Shown here: one piece after another, positions 10,025 to 19,420 of the stretch
How the letters are laid out: the number at the start of each line of letters is the position of its first letter
Position numbering within the stretch: the stretch's first letter is position 1
Assembly (NCBI GenBank): GCA_014730005.1
Contig: WJIY01000043.1
Span: forward strand, 1-63,912
DNA: 63,912 nucleotides
Origin: Candidatus Babelota bacterium
GTDB lineage: Bacteria > Babelota > Babeliae > Babelales > UASB340
Reading direction: 5' to 3'
Notes under the pieces: generated by a model
What the model saw: only the letters and a program-made list of their open reading frames with translations
What the model was told of the DNA's origin: nothing
The model's database searches: none
Made by a program: the position numbers and the translations under genes

Positions 10025-10696
10025 ATGAAAAATATAAAGTTTTTATTTATTTTACAATTCTTGATTGATTTAAATGTTTTTGCAGGAAAACCTGTAAAAA
10101 CATTTAAATCAATCAAGAGCAAATCAACAACAGCTGCTCGGATGAATGATGAATCAGAAATGGATTCTTTAACATCTGAATTACAGAGTATGAATCTATA
10201 TAAGATTCCTTTAAATAGAAAATCTTCCAAAAAAACAAAAAATATTAATTTTAAACCATCTTTAACTCCAGCTCAAACTCCAGCTCAAATTTGGCGTATT
10301 ATAAATTCTCGTTTTTTGCAAGACAAGAATCAATCTAATAAAAAAGATCTATCAAGGTCTAAAGAGTTTGAAGAAAAATTTAGAAATTGTATTGATACAG
10401 TTGGGCATCTTAAATTAAATGAATTTATTTTTAAAAAAGATAATAATAAGATTGAAAAGTTATTGCAATTAATAAAGGATTTAAAACTAGATGATATAAT
10501 CAATAAAGTAAATAGTACAGGAAATACGCCATTGCATATGGCTGTTATAAATAAAAATGATTTTGCTTTAGATAAATTATTGGCATGTCCAAATATTAAT
10601 GTTCATTTAAAAGATGAAGATCAAAAAACAGCTTTAAATTATGCTTTGGAATATAACTATTTACATGGTATTAAGAATTTAATAAATCATAGTTAA
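10025..10696 (+). CDS. Exported ankyrin repeat protein
   Basis: GGAGG RBS; signal-like N-terminus; GNTPLHMAV...DEDQKTALNYA. Confidence 0.85.
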   Translation: MKNIKFLFILQFLIDLNVFAGKPVKTFKSIKSKSTTAARMNDESEMDSLTSELQSMNLYKIPLNRKSSKKTKNINFKPSLTPAQTPAQIWRIINSRFLQDKNQSNKKDLSRSKEFEEKFRNCIDTVGHLKLNEFIFKKDNNKIEKLLQLIKDLKLDDIINKVNSTGNTPLHMAVINKNDFALDKLLACPNINVHLKDEDQKTALNYALEYNYLHGIKNLINHS

Positions 10697-10734
10697 GTTC
10701 TTAATGTATTTATTTTATTAAAAGAAGGATATAC

Positions 10735-11604
10735 TTATGTCCTTCTTTTTCTTTTTTTTAGTTCTTTTCTTTTATAAACCAATATATTCTTTAATTTAGG
10801 AAATTCTTTTAAATAGGATGGTATTTTTTTAATTTTAGTATCCGCTAAATTTAAAAAACGAAGCGAATCTTTAAGCCCAATAAAATTTTCAGGTTTTAAA
10901 TATTCTAATGGATTGTCAGAAAGATCTAATTTATTAAGATTTGTTAATAGCGCAAAAATGCCAAACGGTAGGAATTCTAATTGATTATGACTTAAATCTA
11001 GAAATGTAAGATTTATAAGTTCATCAAGACTTCCTGATTGCAAAGATAAAATTTTATTATATGAAAGATTTAGAGTTTTAATTTGAGATAAATAAAATTT
11101 AAAATCATTATTATAAACAATATTAATTAAATTATGACTTAAATTTAGATCTTTAATGGTTCCTTTTATTTGACCTAAAACTTCGAATAATCCATTTAAA
11201 TTGCTGATTTTTAAGTTAGATAAATCTAATTTTTTTGTTTGTGATGCTTTGGAGACTCTATTTTTTAATCGTCCAGCATTAAAAAGTTCCCTTATAGAAA
11301 AACTTATTTCTACATTATCGATGGCGGCACCTTTTAGTAAGTAATATTGCCTTCGAATTTGCATTTTTAATGGTGATTCTGGAAGTTTTTTAAATATTTT
11401 TTTAACATTATTCTGTTTAGCAATTTCTTTGGCTGAATTTTCTATAGATTTCATATTATAATAAGCTATTGTAGGAAAAACAGCAGTTGAGATTCCATAC
11501 ATCCAATAATAATCATCGGTTTTTTGTATTGTTGGTATATTTGTAGCCAATAAAATAAATGGAAAAAAAGTTATATTGAAGATTAATAATTTTTTTATTT
11601 TCAT
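10735..11604 (-). CDS. Exported leucine-rich repeat protein with basic C-terminal tail
   Basis: Repeated LxxLdLSxNxL units; N-terminal signal; ends KRKELKKRKRRT. Confidence 0.88.
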   Translation of the reverse strand: MKIKKLLIFNITFFPFILLATNIPTIQKTDDYYWMYGISTAVFPTIAYYNMKSIENSAKEIAKQNNVKKIFKKLPESPLKMQIRRQYYLLKGAAIDNVEISFSIRELFNAGRLKNRVSKASQTKKLDLSNLKISNLNGLFEVLGQIKGTIKDLNLSHNLINIVYNNDFKFYLSQIKTLNLSYNKILSLQSGSLDELINLTFLDLSHNQLEFLPFGIFALLTNLNKLDLSDNPLEYLKPENFIGLKDSLRFLNLADTKIKKIPSYLKEFPKLKNILVYKRKELKKRKRRT

Positions 11605-11688
11605 ATTGTTATCCCCCTTTATTTAGATTATTTTAAAATCAATTTTATTATAAAAATAATAGGCTTAATATGTAAATAAAAAAGTGAA

Positions 11689-14409
11689 CTAGCCTCGTTC
11701 TTCAATTTTTATTGATGAGCCTGTTACATTCTTTTCAATAATAAAATGTACAGGAAAGTTATCTTTAAAATGTGCAAGGTGTGACACAACAATAATTTTT
11801 GAAAAATCATTTTGTATTGCATGAATAGCATCCATTAAACGAGCAAGACCTTCTTCGTCTTGAGAACCGAATCCTTCATCGATTATTAAAGTTTGAAGAG
11901 GTGTTCCTGCACGACGTGCTAATAATTTTGAGATTGCAATTCTGAGTGCAAAATCGACACGAAAAGCTTCGCCTCCTGAGAACATTTCGTATGGTCTTAT
12001 TCCTGCATTGTCGGATATTTGAATATCTAATGTTTCTTTTACTCCTCCATTTTTCAAATCACGCAATGATTCGATAAATACTTGTGTTTGATTATCCGAA
12101 AGTTGGGTTAAAATATTATTTGCTTCCTCTTCAATTTGAGGTATAGCGTTTTCAATTAAAAGAGCTTGTATTCCATTTTTTCCAAAAGATTGTGTTAAAA
12201 TTTGATACTCTGAAATTTCTTCTTCTAAAGTTTTTATTTTTTCGCTTTTGATTTTATTATCTTTTTTAAATTGTTCTATTCTTTTTAATTCACTTTCGAG
12301 ATTTCCAATTTTTTGTAATATTTTTTCTTTTTCAATATTTGCTTCTTGAATTCTTTTTTTTAGATTGCCTATATCGGTTTCAAGTTTTTGTATCTCTTTA
12401 AATTTAAAATTTATTTTATGCAACTTGTGGTTTATTTTAAAAATCTTAGTTTTTATATTTTTTAATTCTATAATTGAATTGCTAATTTGATTTCTGCGTT
12501 GATTTTGTTTTAAATGTTCTTCTTTTAATTTTTCAATATTAATTAATGTTTTTTCTAAGTTGTTTAGTTGGTTTTGTATTTTAAGATGCAATTTATTGTC
12601 ATATTGGATTTTTTCTTTTTCGAGTTTTAATTGTTTGAGTTGTGTGATTATTTCTTTAATTACTGCTTTATTTTTTATTTGTTCTTCGATTTGTTCGTTT
12701 TGTACTAAGTAATTCTTTTTTTCATTTTCACAAATTTCGGTTAATTGAGTTTTACGTTTTGTTAAATCTTTAATTATGTTTTTTGTGTTTTTTATTTCTT
12801 GTTCCCATTTAAGTACTTCGGTTTCGATATTTGTTTTTTTATTAATTTGTTGTTTTAAAAATTCGTTTTTTGTTTCTTGAACTTGTAATTCTTCATGTTG
12901 TTTAAATAAGATCTCTTTGAGTTGAGTTATTAATTTGTGTAATCGTTTAAAACGGTGTTTTAAAAAAGAGTATTTACTTTTAAACTTGTCATAAAGAAAG
13001 TTCTTACGTTTTTGGGTTAAAACTTGTTCACATAACGGACAAGAAGGGTTTTTTGTATTTTGTATTATATGTTTTTTTTGTTCTAATTCATTTAATGCAG
13101 TTTTTATCCAGTTTCCGCGTTGTATAAATGATTGATAAAATGATTTACGTTTTACAAAAAAATCTTTAGTTTGTTTAAAATTTTTTTCAAAAATATTATA
13201 GTTTTTTAATTGTTTTTCAATATTAATCAACTCTTTTTTTGCTTGATTAATTTTATCATTAATATCATGCGCAATTTTTTGATTTTGTTCAGTTAGATTG
13301 ATGATTTGTTTTATTTCGAGGTCTTTTTTTCCGATTTTTAAATAAATACTTTTATTTTTTTCTTCCAATTTGTTTTTGATTTCAGAGAAATGTTTTTGAT
13401 AAAGTTCTTTTTTTTGTAATATTTTATCATGTAGTTCAAGATTTTTTTGTTGTTGTTTTAATAAATTTTTATCTTGTTTTTTTAAATTGGTTATATCTTT
13501 ATTTAATTTTTCAATATTAGGAGTATTTAATAATTTAGCATGAGTTGTTTTCCATTCTTTAATTTTTAAAATTATTTGTTTTTGATATTTATTTTTTTCT
13601 TGTTGTAGGTTTTTCTGTTCGTTAATTAAAAAATCGTTTTGATGTTTTTTTTCTATTAACTCTATTTTATTTTTTTCTAATTTTTCCAATTTTTGAGAAA
13701 AATCTGCTAATTGTGAATTTAGCTTTTCTAGTGCAATTTTGTTTTTATTTTGAACATCGTGTATTTCTTTGTTTGTTTCTATATAGTTTTTATTTTCTTC
13801 TAATAATTTAGTAAGGAGATTTTTTTCATTTATAAAACTTTTTGCCTTTTCGTTAGCAAGTTGTTGTAATTTATCAAATCTAGATAAACCTAAAATATTG
13901 GCTAATATTTGTTTTCTTTCTTTAGATGATTTTTTTGAAAATTCATCTGCAAGCCCTTGTCTTAAAAAGGCAGAGTTTATAAATGTTTCGTAATCTAGAC
14001 CAAGCAAATTTTCGATTTTTGTTTGAGTAGCTCTAATTGTTTTATCAGTTAGAGAGATAAATTTTTGTGTATTTTTATCGAGTAATTCGAAATCTAAAGC
14101 TATATAAGGTTTTCCATATGTTTTAGCATATTCTCGACGTACTCTGTATATTTGATTGGAGAATTCAAATTCCAAACTGACAAGCATTTTAGTTTGTCCA
14201 AGGCGAAGTAATCCAGAATCTGGTTTTATTGCACCAGCAATTTTTCGAGCTTGACCCCAAATAGACCAAGTTATTGCATCCAAAAGTGCAGATTTGCCAT
14301 TTCCATTTTTTCCTGAAAGACAGATTAATGAATAGTTGGATAAGTCAATATTTTGTATAATGTCTCCATAGCTTAAAAAATTTTTTAACTCTAGTTTTAA
14401 TGGAATCAT
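11689..14409 (-). CDS. sbcC: SbcC/Rad50 SMC-like ATPase
   Basis: Walker A GKNGNGKS, long coiled coil with CPLC zinc hook, FSGGE signature, LIIDEGFG Walker B. Confidence 0.93.
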   Translation of the reverse strand: MIPLKLELKNFLSYGDIIQNIDLSNYSLICLSGKNGNGKSALLDAITWSIWGQARKIAGAIKPDSGLLRLGQTKMLVSLEFEFSNQIYRVRREYAKTYGKPYIALDFELLDKNTQKFISLTDKTIRATQTKIENLLGLDYETFINSAFLRQGLADEFSKKSSKERKQILANILGLSRFDKLQQLANEKAKSFINEKNLLTKLLEENKNYIETNKEIHDVQNKNKIALEKLNSQLADFSQKLEKLEKNKIELIEKKHQNDFLINEQKNLQQEKNKYQKQIILKIKEWKTTHAKLLNTPNIEKLNKDITNLKKQDKNLLKQQQKNLELHDKILQKKELYQKHFSEIKNKLEEKNKSIYLKIGKKDLEIKQIINLTEQNQKIAHDINDKINQAKKELINIEKQLKNYNIFEKNFKQTKDFFVKRKSFYQSFIQRGNWIKTALNELEQKKHIIQNTKNPSCPLCEQVLTQKRKNFLYDKFKSKYSFLKHRFKRLHKLITQLKEILFKQHEELQVQETKNEFLKQQINKKTNIETEVLKWEQEIKNTKNIIKDLTKRKTQLTEICENEKKNYLVQNEQIEEQIKNKAVIKEIITQLKQLKLEKEKIQYDNKLHLKIQNQLNNLEKTLINIEKLKEEHLKQNQRRNQISNSIIELKNIKTKIFKINHKLHKINFKFKEIQKLETDIGNLKKRIQEANIEKEKILQKIGNLESELKRIEQFKKDNKIKSEKIKTLEEEISEYQILTQSFGKNGIQALLIENAIPQIEEEANNILTQLSDNQTQVFIESLRDLKNGGVKETLDIQISDNAGIRPYEMFSGGEAFRVDFALRIAISKLLARRAGTPLQTLIIDEGFGSQDEEGLARLMDAIHAIQNDFSKIIVVSHLAHFKDNFPVHFIIEKNVTGSSIKIEERG

Positions 14410-14533
14410 GGTAAAATCAACTTAATTTGGTTTTAATCTATTAATAAAATATTGAAATTTAATTTATTAGGCCTCTTTAGCTTGAACATTAGGTGATTAA
14501 AAGTTAGTTTACTAAAAAAATAAATAACTAAAA

Positions 14534-15646
14534 ATGATTGATAGAAGATATTTTAGATATTTTGATTGGATTAGTTTTTGTATAACAATAATTTTGTTGA
14601 TTATAGGTCTTTTATTTATATTTAGTTCGACTTATAACTCTGAAAAAATGTTTTCTATATTTTTTAAAAAACAATTTTTTGGTGTAGTGAGTGGAATTTT
14701 TATATATCTTTATTTTTGTATAAAGGATCTGAAACGATTTGATCGTTTGGGTTATCTATTTTACTTTGTAATCTTGTTTCTTTTAACTTATTCATTATTT
14801 GTAAGTGTTTTAACTATGGGAGCAAAAAGATGGATTTCTTTATATTTTTTTAAATTTCAGCCTTCCGAGTTGTCAAAATTATTTTTACCAATATTTATTG
14901 CTTATTATTTTAGTGAAAATAATTTAAATGATTATAAATTTGTAACTCAACAAATACCATTTAAAAAATTTTTTTTTCCAATTTCTATTTTATTAATTAG
15001 TTTTGTTCTGATAGGAAAACAGCCGGATTTGGGTACGGCCTTAGTTATTTTATTTACAGGATTAATTTTATTATGGTTTATAGGAATTAATAAAAAGTTT
15101 TTTTTTATATCTATGATTTTAATGACAATTTTTTCTCCATTTTTATGGTCGATTTTAAAGCCTTATCAAAAACAAAGAATTTTAGTTTTACTAGGACAAG
15201 GAGATATAAAAAAAGAACGATATCAATTAGAACAATCTAAAATAGCAATCGGATCTGGAGCATTAACAGGAAAGGGATTTATGCAAGGAACACAAAATAA
15301 ATTGGCTTTTTTGCCTGAAAATCATAATGATTTTATTTTTTCTGTTATTTGTGAGGAATGGGGCTTTGTTGGAGCAATATTTGTCTTGTTATTATTTTGT
15401 ATTTTATTTATAAGAATAAGTTTCATAATTTTTCAGTTAAATAGTTTTTTTGAACAAATAATTGCGGTTGGTTTAATATCGCATTTTATGTTGTCTGTTT
15501 GTATAAATATTGGAATGGTTGTAGGTATTTTACCAATTGTGGGGATTCCTCTTCCTTTGATTAGCTATGGAATAACACATCTTTGGATAAATTTAGCAAG
15601 TCTCGGTTGGTTGAATAATATCGCAATTAGACGTTTTTATTATTAA
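14534..15646 (+). CDS. rodA: SEDS peptidoglycan glycosyltransferase RodA
   Basis: GAKRWI, FQPSELSK, QPDLGTA, QSKIAIGSG, LPENHNDFIF, GIPLPLISYG. Confidence 0.92.
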   Translation: MIDRRYFRYFDWISFCITIILLIIGLLFIFSSTYNSEKMFSIFFKKQFFGVVSGIFIYLYFCIKDLKRFDRLGYLFYFVILFLLTYSLFVSVLTMGAKRWISLYFFKFQPSELSKLFLPIFIAYYFSENNLNDYKFVTQQIPFKKFFFPISILLISFVLIGKQPDLGTALVILFTGLILLWFIGINKKFFFISMILMTIFSPFLWSILKPYQKQRILVLLGQGDIKKERYQLEQSKIAIGSGALTGKGFMQGTQNKLAFLPENHNDFIFSVICEEWGFVGAIFVLLLFCILFIRISFIIFQLNSFFEQIIAVGLISHFMLSVCINIGMVVGILPIVGIPLPLISYGITHLWINLASLGWLNNIAIRRFYY

Positions 15647-15805
15647 TAAAGAAAGATTTTAGTGTTTTTTATTATTCAAAACTTTAGCGAAGTATTATTT
15701 TAAAGGATGGCTTTTAAAAATTAAAATAAATAATTGATATTTGATATTATAAATAAATATAATTTGTTTGAATATTTTCAAAATAAAAAAATAAGGGAGT
15801 AGTAA

Positions 15806-16945
15806 ATGAGTCTGAATTTGATGAATGTTTACATGCTTTTTCTTATCTCAATTTTTAGTGTTCTTAAGTCTCAAGATGTACCTGTTAAAGATAAATTTAA
15901 AATTGATCATTCTAAAGAAATTATTTTTGGTCAATCCAGATATAAATCTGGTTCATTTAAATTATATGGTGATTTTATTGAATATGGTATTTTAGCATGT
16001 TTTAACAGTATAAATGAAAAAGGTGGAATTAATGGTAAGAAATTAAGGCTAATCAGCATGGATGATAAGGGTGAACCTGTATTAGCTGAAAAAAATATAA
16101 GAAAAATGTTAACAGATTATAAAATTGATATGTTTTTGGGAAACATGGGAACTAGAAGCATATTAAAAGTTTTGCCTTTAATTAGAAATGAGAAAATAGT
16201 AATGTTTTTTCCTTGGGGTGGTGATCCTAAACTAAGAGATTCTAGTTTAAGATATATAATAAGTGGACCTGGTTTTATTAAACCGCAAGTAGAATTATTA
16301 GTTAATCATATTATAAATAATCTAGGATTTAAAAATATTGCAATATTTCATTCCGATGATTCTTTTTCTACAAATGTGAAAAATGAAACAATTGAGCTGT
16401 TAAAAGAATATGATATCAAACGATTAACAGTTGCAGATTATAATAGATTTACTATGAATATAAGACGGCCTGCTGATAAATTATTAAATACAGATCCAAA
16501 AGTTATTATTTGTATTGCCACCTCACATCCAACGGTGAAACTTATTAATAGATTTTTTGAAAAAGGTGATTTTGGAACAACTTTTGTAGGGATAGATTCA
16601 ACTTTTTTAGTTGCAGATATTTTAAAAGAAAAAGGAGCTCGTTTTTTTTATACGGCAAGTGTACCTGATCCAAAAGATACTTCGGTTCCTATTGTGAAGG
16701 AATATCAAGAAAATACTAAAAAATTTTTTCCAGATGAAATTTTTAATAGCTTATCTTTGACTTATTACATTTGTGCTAAGATTATTGTGACAGCTATACA
16801 GAGAATTAGTGGATTAATTACAAAAGAAAAAATTATTGAACAAATAGAGCAGATGCAAAATTATGATCTTGGAGGTTTTAAAATAAATTTTGATTTTAAA
16901 AATCGATATGCTTTTGGACAAACAGCTTATTTAATAAAAGGATAA
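15806..16945 (+). CDS. Type I periplasmic binding protein (LIV/branched-chain amino acid binding-like)
   Basis: Signal peptide; INEKGGINGKKLRLISMDDKGEP motif typical of LIVBP-like proteins; C-terminal YDLGGFKINF. Confidence 0.85.
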   Translation: MSLNLMNVYMLFLISIFSVLKSQDVPVKDKFKIDHSKEIIFGQSRYKSGSFKLYGDFIEYGILACFNSINEKGGINGKKLRLISMDDKGEPVLAEKNIRKMLTDYKIDMFLGNMGTRSILKVLPLIRNEKIVMFFPWGGDPKLRDSSLRYIISGPGFIKPQVELLVNHIINNLGFKNIAIFHSDDSFSTNVKNETIELLKEYDIKRLTVADYNRFTMNIRRPADKLLNTDPKVIICIATSHPTVKLINRFFEKGDFGTTFVGIDSTFLVADILKEKGARFFYTASVPDPKDTSVPIVKEYQENTKKFFPDEIFNSLSLTYYICAKIIVTAIQRISGLITKEKIIEQIEQMQNYDLGGFKINFDFKNRYAFGQTAYLIKG

Positions 16946-16947
16946 AG

Positions 16948-18024
16948 ATGTCTCGAACTTTTTTTTTTAATCTTATTAAAAAAATAAAATTTCAATTGTC
17001 GTGTGTTTTTTTTGTAGGAATATACGTTATTGCAATGTTATTTATAGAGCATCATCAAGAAAATTATGGTGAAAAAATTTATCCAATTTTGAAAATAAAA
17101 GATGAGGTAAAAAAAATAGCTTCAAGTGTTGAAGTTGGTCTTCATATAAATAATTTTCCAACTTTTGAAATTTATCAAAATAATTTCACTCTTGATTCGA
17201 TTGTTTGGTTTAGATTTAATATTGGAACTGAATCATTAAATACAATAAGTAATTTTAGTTTTAAAAATGGAGAAATTATATATAAATCTTTACCTATGAT
17301 TCGCAAAGATAAGGATAAGGTTATAGTAGCTTATCAGGTAAAAGTTGTTTTTAAGGCTTACTTAAATTATAAATATTTTCCTATAGGCGATCATAGATTA
17401 AATATGATTATTGAGAATAGAAGTGTTACTCCAAATGAATTATGCTTTGACTGTAATTTAGATAATTTTATTTTAGCCGATGATATACTTGTTTCAACTT
17501 GGCACCCAACTAAAAAAATTGTTCAGGTGGGTTTTTTAAAATCAATTTTAGAAAAAGATGAAGATTCTGAACTTAGTTTAAGTTATCCGTGCGCTGTTTT
17601 TACTATTAATTTTGAAAATAGCAGTTTACGTGATCTTATCACTTTGTATTTTCCTATGTATGTAATATTTTTTATATGTGTATTTACTTTAATGATTGAA
17701 ATTCCTCAGTATATTCAAAGGATGACTATAATTTCTTCAGCAATGCCTATTTTGGTATTATTTAGAACTGTTATTTTGCAACTTTCGCCTTCAATGGGTG
17801 AGGTAACTAAAGCCGATTTTACCTACTTTTTGCTTGTATTTTTATCTTTAATTATTTTATTGTTTCAAGCTTATGTTTCTCTTATGATGAAGAAAATTAA
17901 TCAATATAGTGAGGAAATACAGAAAATAAAAATTGCATTCTTAGAAAAATTTAATAGCATAATGGTATTGGTTGTTTTATTGTTATTGATTATAGCTATT
18001 ACTCACAATGTATTTTTTGTTTAA
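16948..18024 (+). CDS. Prokaryotic pentameric ligand-gated ion channel (Cys-loop/Pro-loop receptor homologue)
   Basis: VEVGLHINN (beta1), FTLDSIVWFRF (beta2), Pro-loop YKYFPIGDHRLNM, M1 with Pro (LYFPMY), M2-M3 loop LSPSMGEVTKAD, four C-terminal TM helices. Confidence 0.78.
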   Translation: MSRTFFFNLIKKIKFQLSCVFFVGIYVIAMLFIEHHQENYGEKIYPILKIKDEVKKIASSVEVGLHINNFPTFEIYQNNFTLDSIVWFRFNIGTESLNTISNFSFKNGEIIYKSLPMIRKDKDKVIVAYQVKVVFKAYLNYKYFPIGDHRLNMIIENRSVTPNELCFDCNLDNFILADDILVSTWHPTKKIVQVGFLKSILEKDEDSELSLSYPCAVFTINFENSSLRDLITLYFPMYVIFFICVFTLMIEIPQYIQRMTIISSAMPILVLFRTVILQLSPSMGEVTKADFTYFLLVFLSLIILLFQAYVSLMMKKINQYSEEIQKIKIAFLEKFNSIMVLVVLLLLIIAITHNVFFV

Positions 18025-19335
18025 ATGAATTTTGAATCAATATTTATTTTTTTTATATATCAACTCTTTCAATTGCTAGTATTTCCTTTTTTCTTGTTAT
18101 ATTTATTTATCAGAAAGCTTCAAGGTAAATCGGTTGTAGGAAATTTTTGGCACCGCAATGGTTTTGTTCCGATTGTTGACAAACAAAGAATTATTAATAA
18201 GAAAGTTGTTTGGATACATGCTGTTTCTGTTGGCGAAATTTTATCAGTACAGGATTTAATAAAACAATTAAAAATAAAAAATAAAAACATTATTTGTTAT
18301 GTAACAACAGGAACTGAGATGGGCAAAAAAATAGCACATCAAAACTTAGATGCAGATTTTATAAGTTTTTTACCATATGATTTTTTGTTTTCGATGTTTT
18401 TAGCTTTCAAAAGGATAAAACCATCATCATTGATAATTATTGAGGCTGAGATATGGCCAAATATGTTAATGCTTTCAAAATGGTTTAATATTTTTACATA
18501 TTTATTAAATGCAAGAATAAGTAAACGTTCAAAAAATAAATATTTAATGTTGAAATTTATATTTAAACCTCTGTTTAGTATTTTTAAATTTATTTTTATT
18601 CAAAGCAAATCAGATAAAATTAATTTTGAAAAAATGAATATCAAAGAAGAGAAATTGCAAGTTTTAGGAAATATAAAAACATTAAATGTTTTAAAAAAGA
18701 AGGAAGAATTAATTGAAAAACATTCGGAATACTTAACAAGACCGAAATATCCAACATTGCTTGTAGGTTCAATACATCCTGAAGAGATAGATATTTATTT
18801 AGAACTTTTTAAAAATTTAAAACCGAATTTTCCCGAGTTAAAATTAATTCTTGCGCCTCGACATTTTTTTTGGAAAGAAGAATTAATAAAGAAAATAGAT
18901 GATAAATTTTTGCTTTGGGATGAAAAATTAAAATTGGATTTTAAATTACTTGCTCAAAACATTTTTGATAAATATGAAATTTTACTTGTTTTTAAATTAG
19001 GTGAACTTTTTAAATTGTATCAACTTTGTAATATTTTTTATTTAGGTGGAACTTTTGTTCCAATTGGAGGACATAATTTATTAGAGCCAGCTGTTTGGGC
19101 AAAAGTATCAATTATTGGTCCCTATTATCATAATTGTAAAGACATTGCAGATAGGTTAGAAAATCAAAATGCATTGTTAAAAATTAAATCTAAAAATGAT
19201 TTGATTAAGCAAACAATTTTTTTACTTAATAATAAAAAACTATCTGAGCAAATGGGAGAGAATGCTTTAAATTGGTTAGAATCTGAATCACTGAAAGTTC
19301 AAAAAAAAATAAATTATTTATTAGATTTATTATGA
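18025..19335 (+). CDS. waaA: 3-deoxy-D-manno-octulosonic acid (Kdo) transferase
   Basis: WIHAVSVGE, LPYD, EAEIWPN, NARIS, LAPRH, GGHNLLEPA. Confidence 0.93.
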   Translation: MNFESIFIFFIYQLFQLLVFPFFLLYLFIRKLQGKSVVGNFWHRNGFVPIVDKQRIINKKVVWIHAVSVGEILSVQDLIKQLKIKNKNIICYVTTGTEMGKKIAHQNLDADFISFLPYDFLFSMFLAFKRIKPSSLIIIEAEIWPNMLMLSKWFNIFTYLLNARISKRSKNKYLMLKFIFKPLFSIFKFIFIQSKSDKINFEKMNIKEEKLQVLGNIKTLNVLKKKEELIEKHSEYLTRPKYPTLLVGSIHPEEIDIYLELFKNLKPNFPELKLILAPRHFFWKEELIKKIDDKFLLWDEKLKLDFKLLAQNIFDKYEILLVFKLGELFKLYQLCNIFYLGGTFVPIGGHNLLEPAVWAKVSIIGPYYHNCKDIADRLENQNALLKIKSKNDLIKQTIFLLNNKKLSEQMGENALNWLESESLKVQKKINYLLDLL

Positions 19336-19362
19336 TTATAATTTATAGATTGACAAATTATT

Positions 19363-19420
19363 TATAACAAATTTAAAAAGTCTTGGATAAAAAAATCCAA
19401 GACTTTTTAAATTTGTTATA
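19363..19420. terminator. Perfect 26-bp inverted repeat, probable bidirectional terminator between waaA and lon
   Basis: TATAACAAATTTAAAAAGTCTTGGAT-AAAAAA-ATCCAAGACTTTTTAAATTTGTTATA; overlaps lon stop codon. Confidence 0.7.

Noticed and set aside
16930..16960. Binding protein and channel as one frameshifted fusion gene
   Set aside because: The second ORF has its own AAGGA RBS, ATG and N-terminal hydrophobic helix, so two genes are more likely
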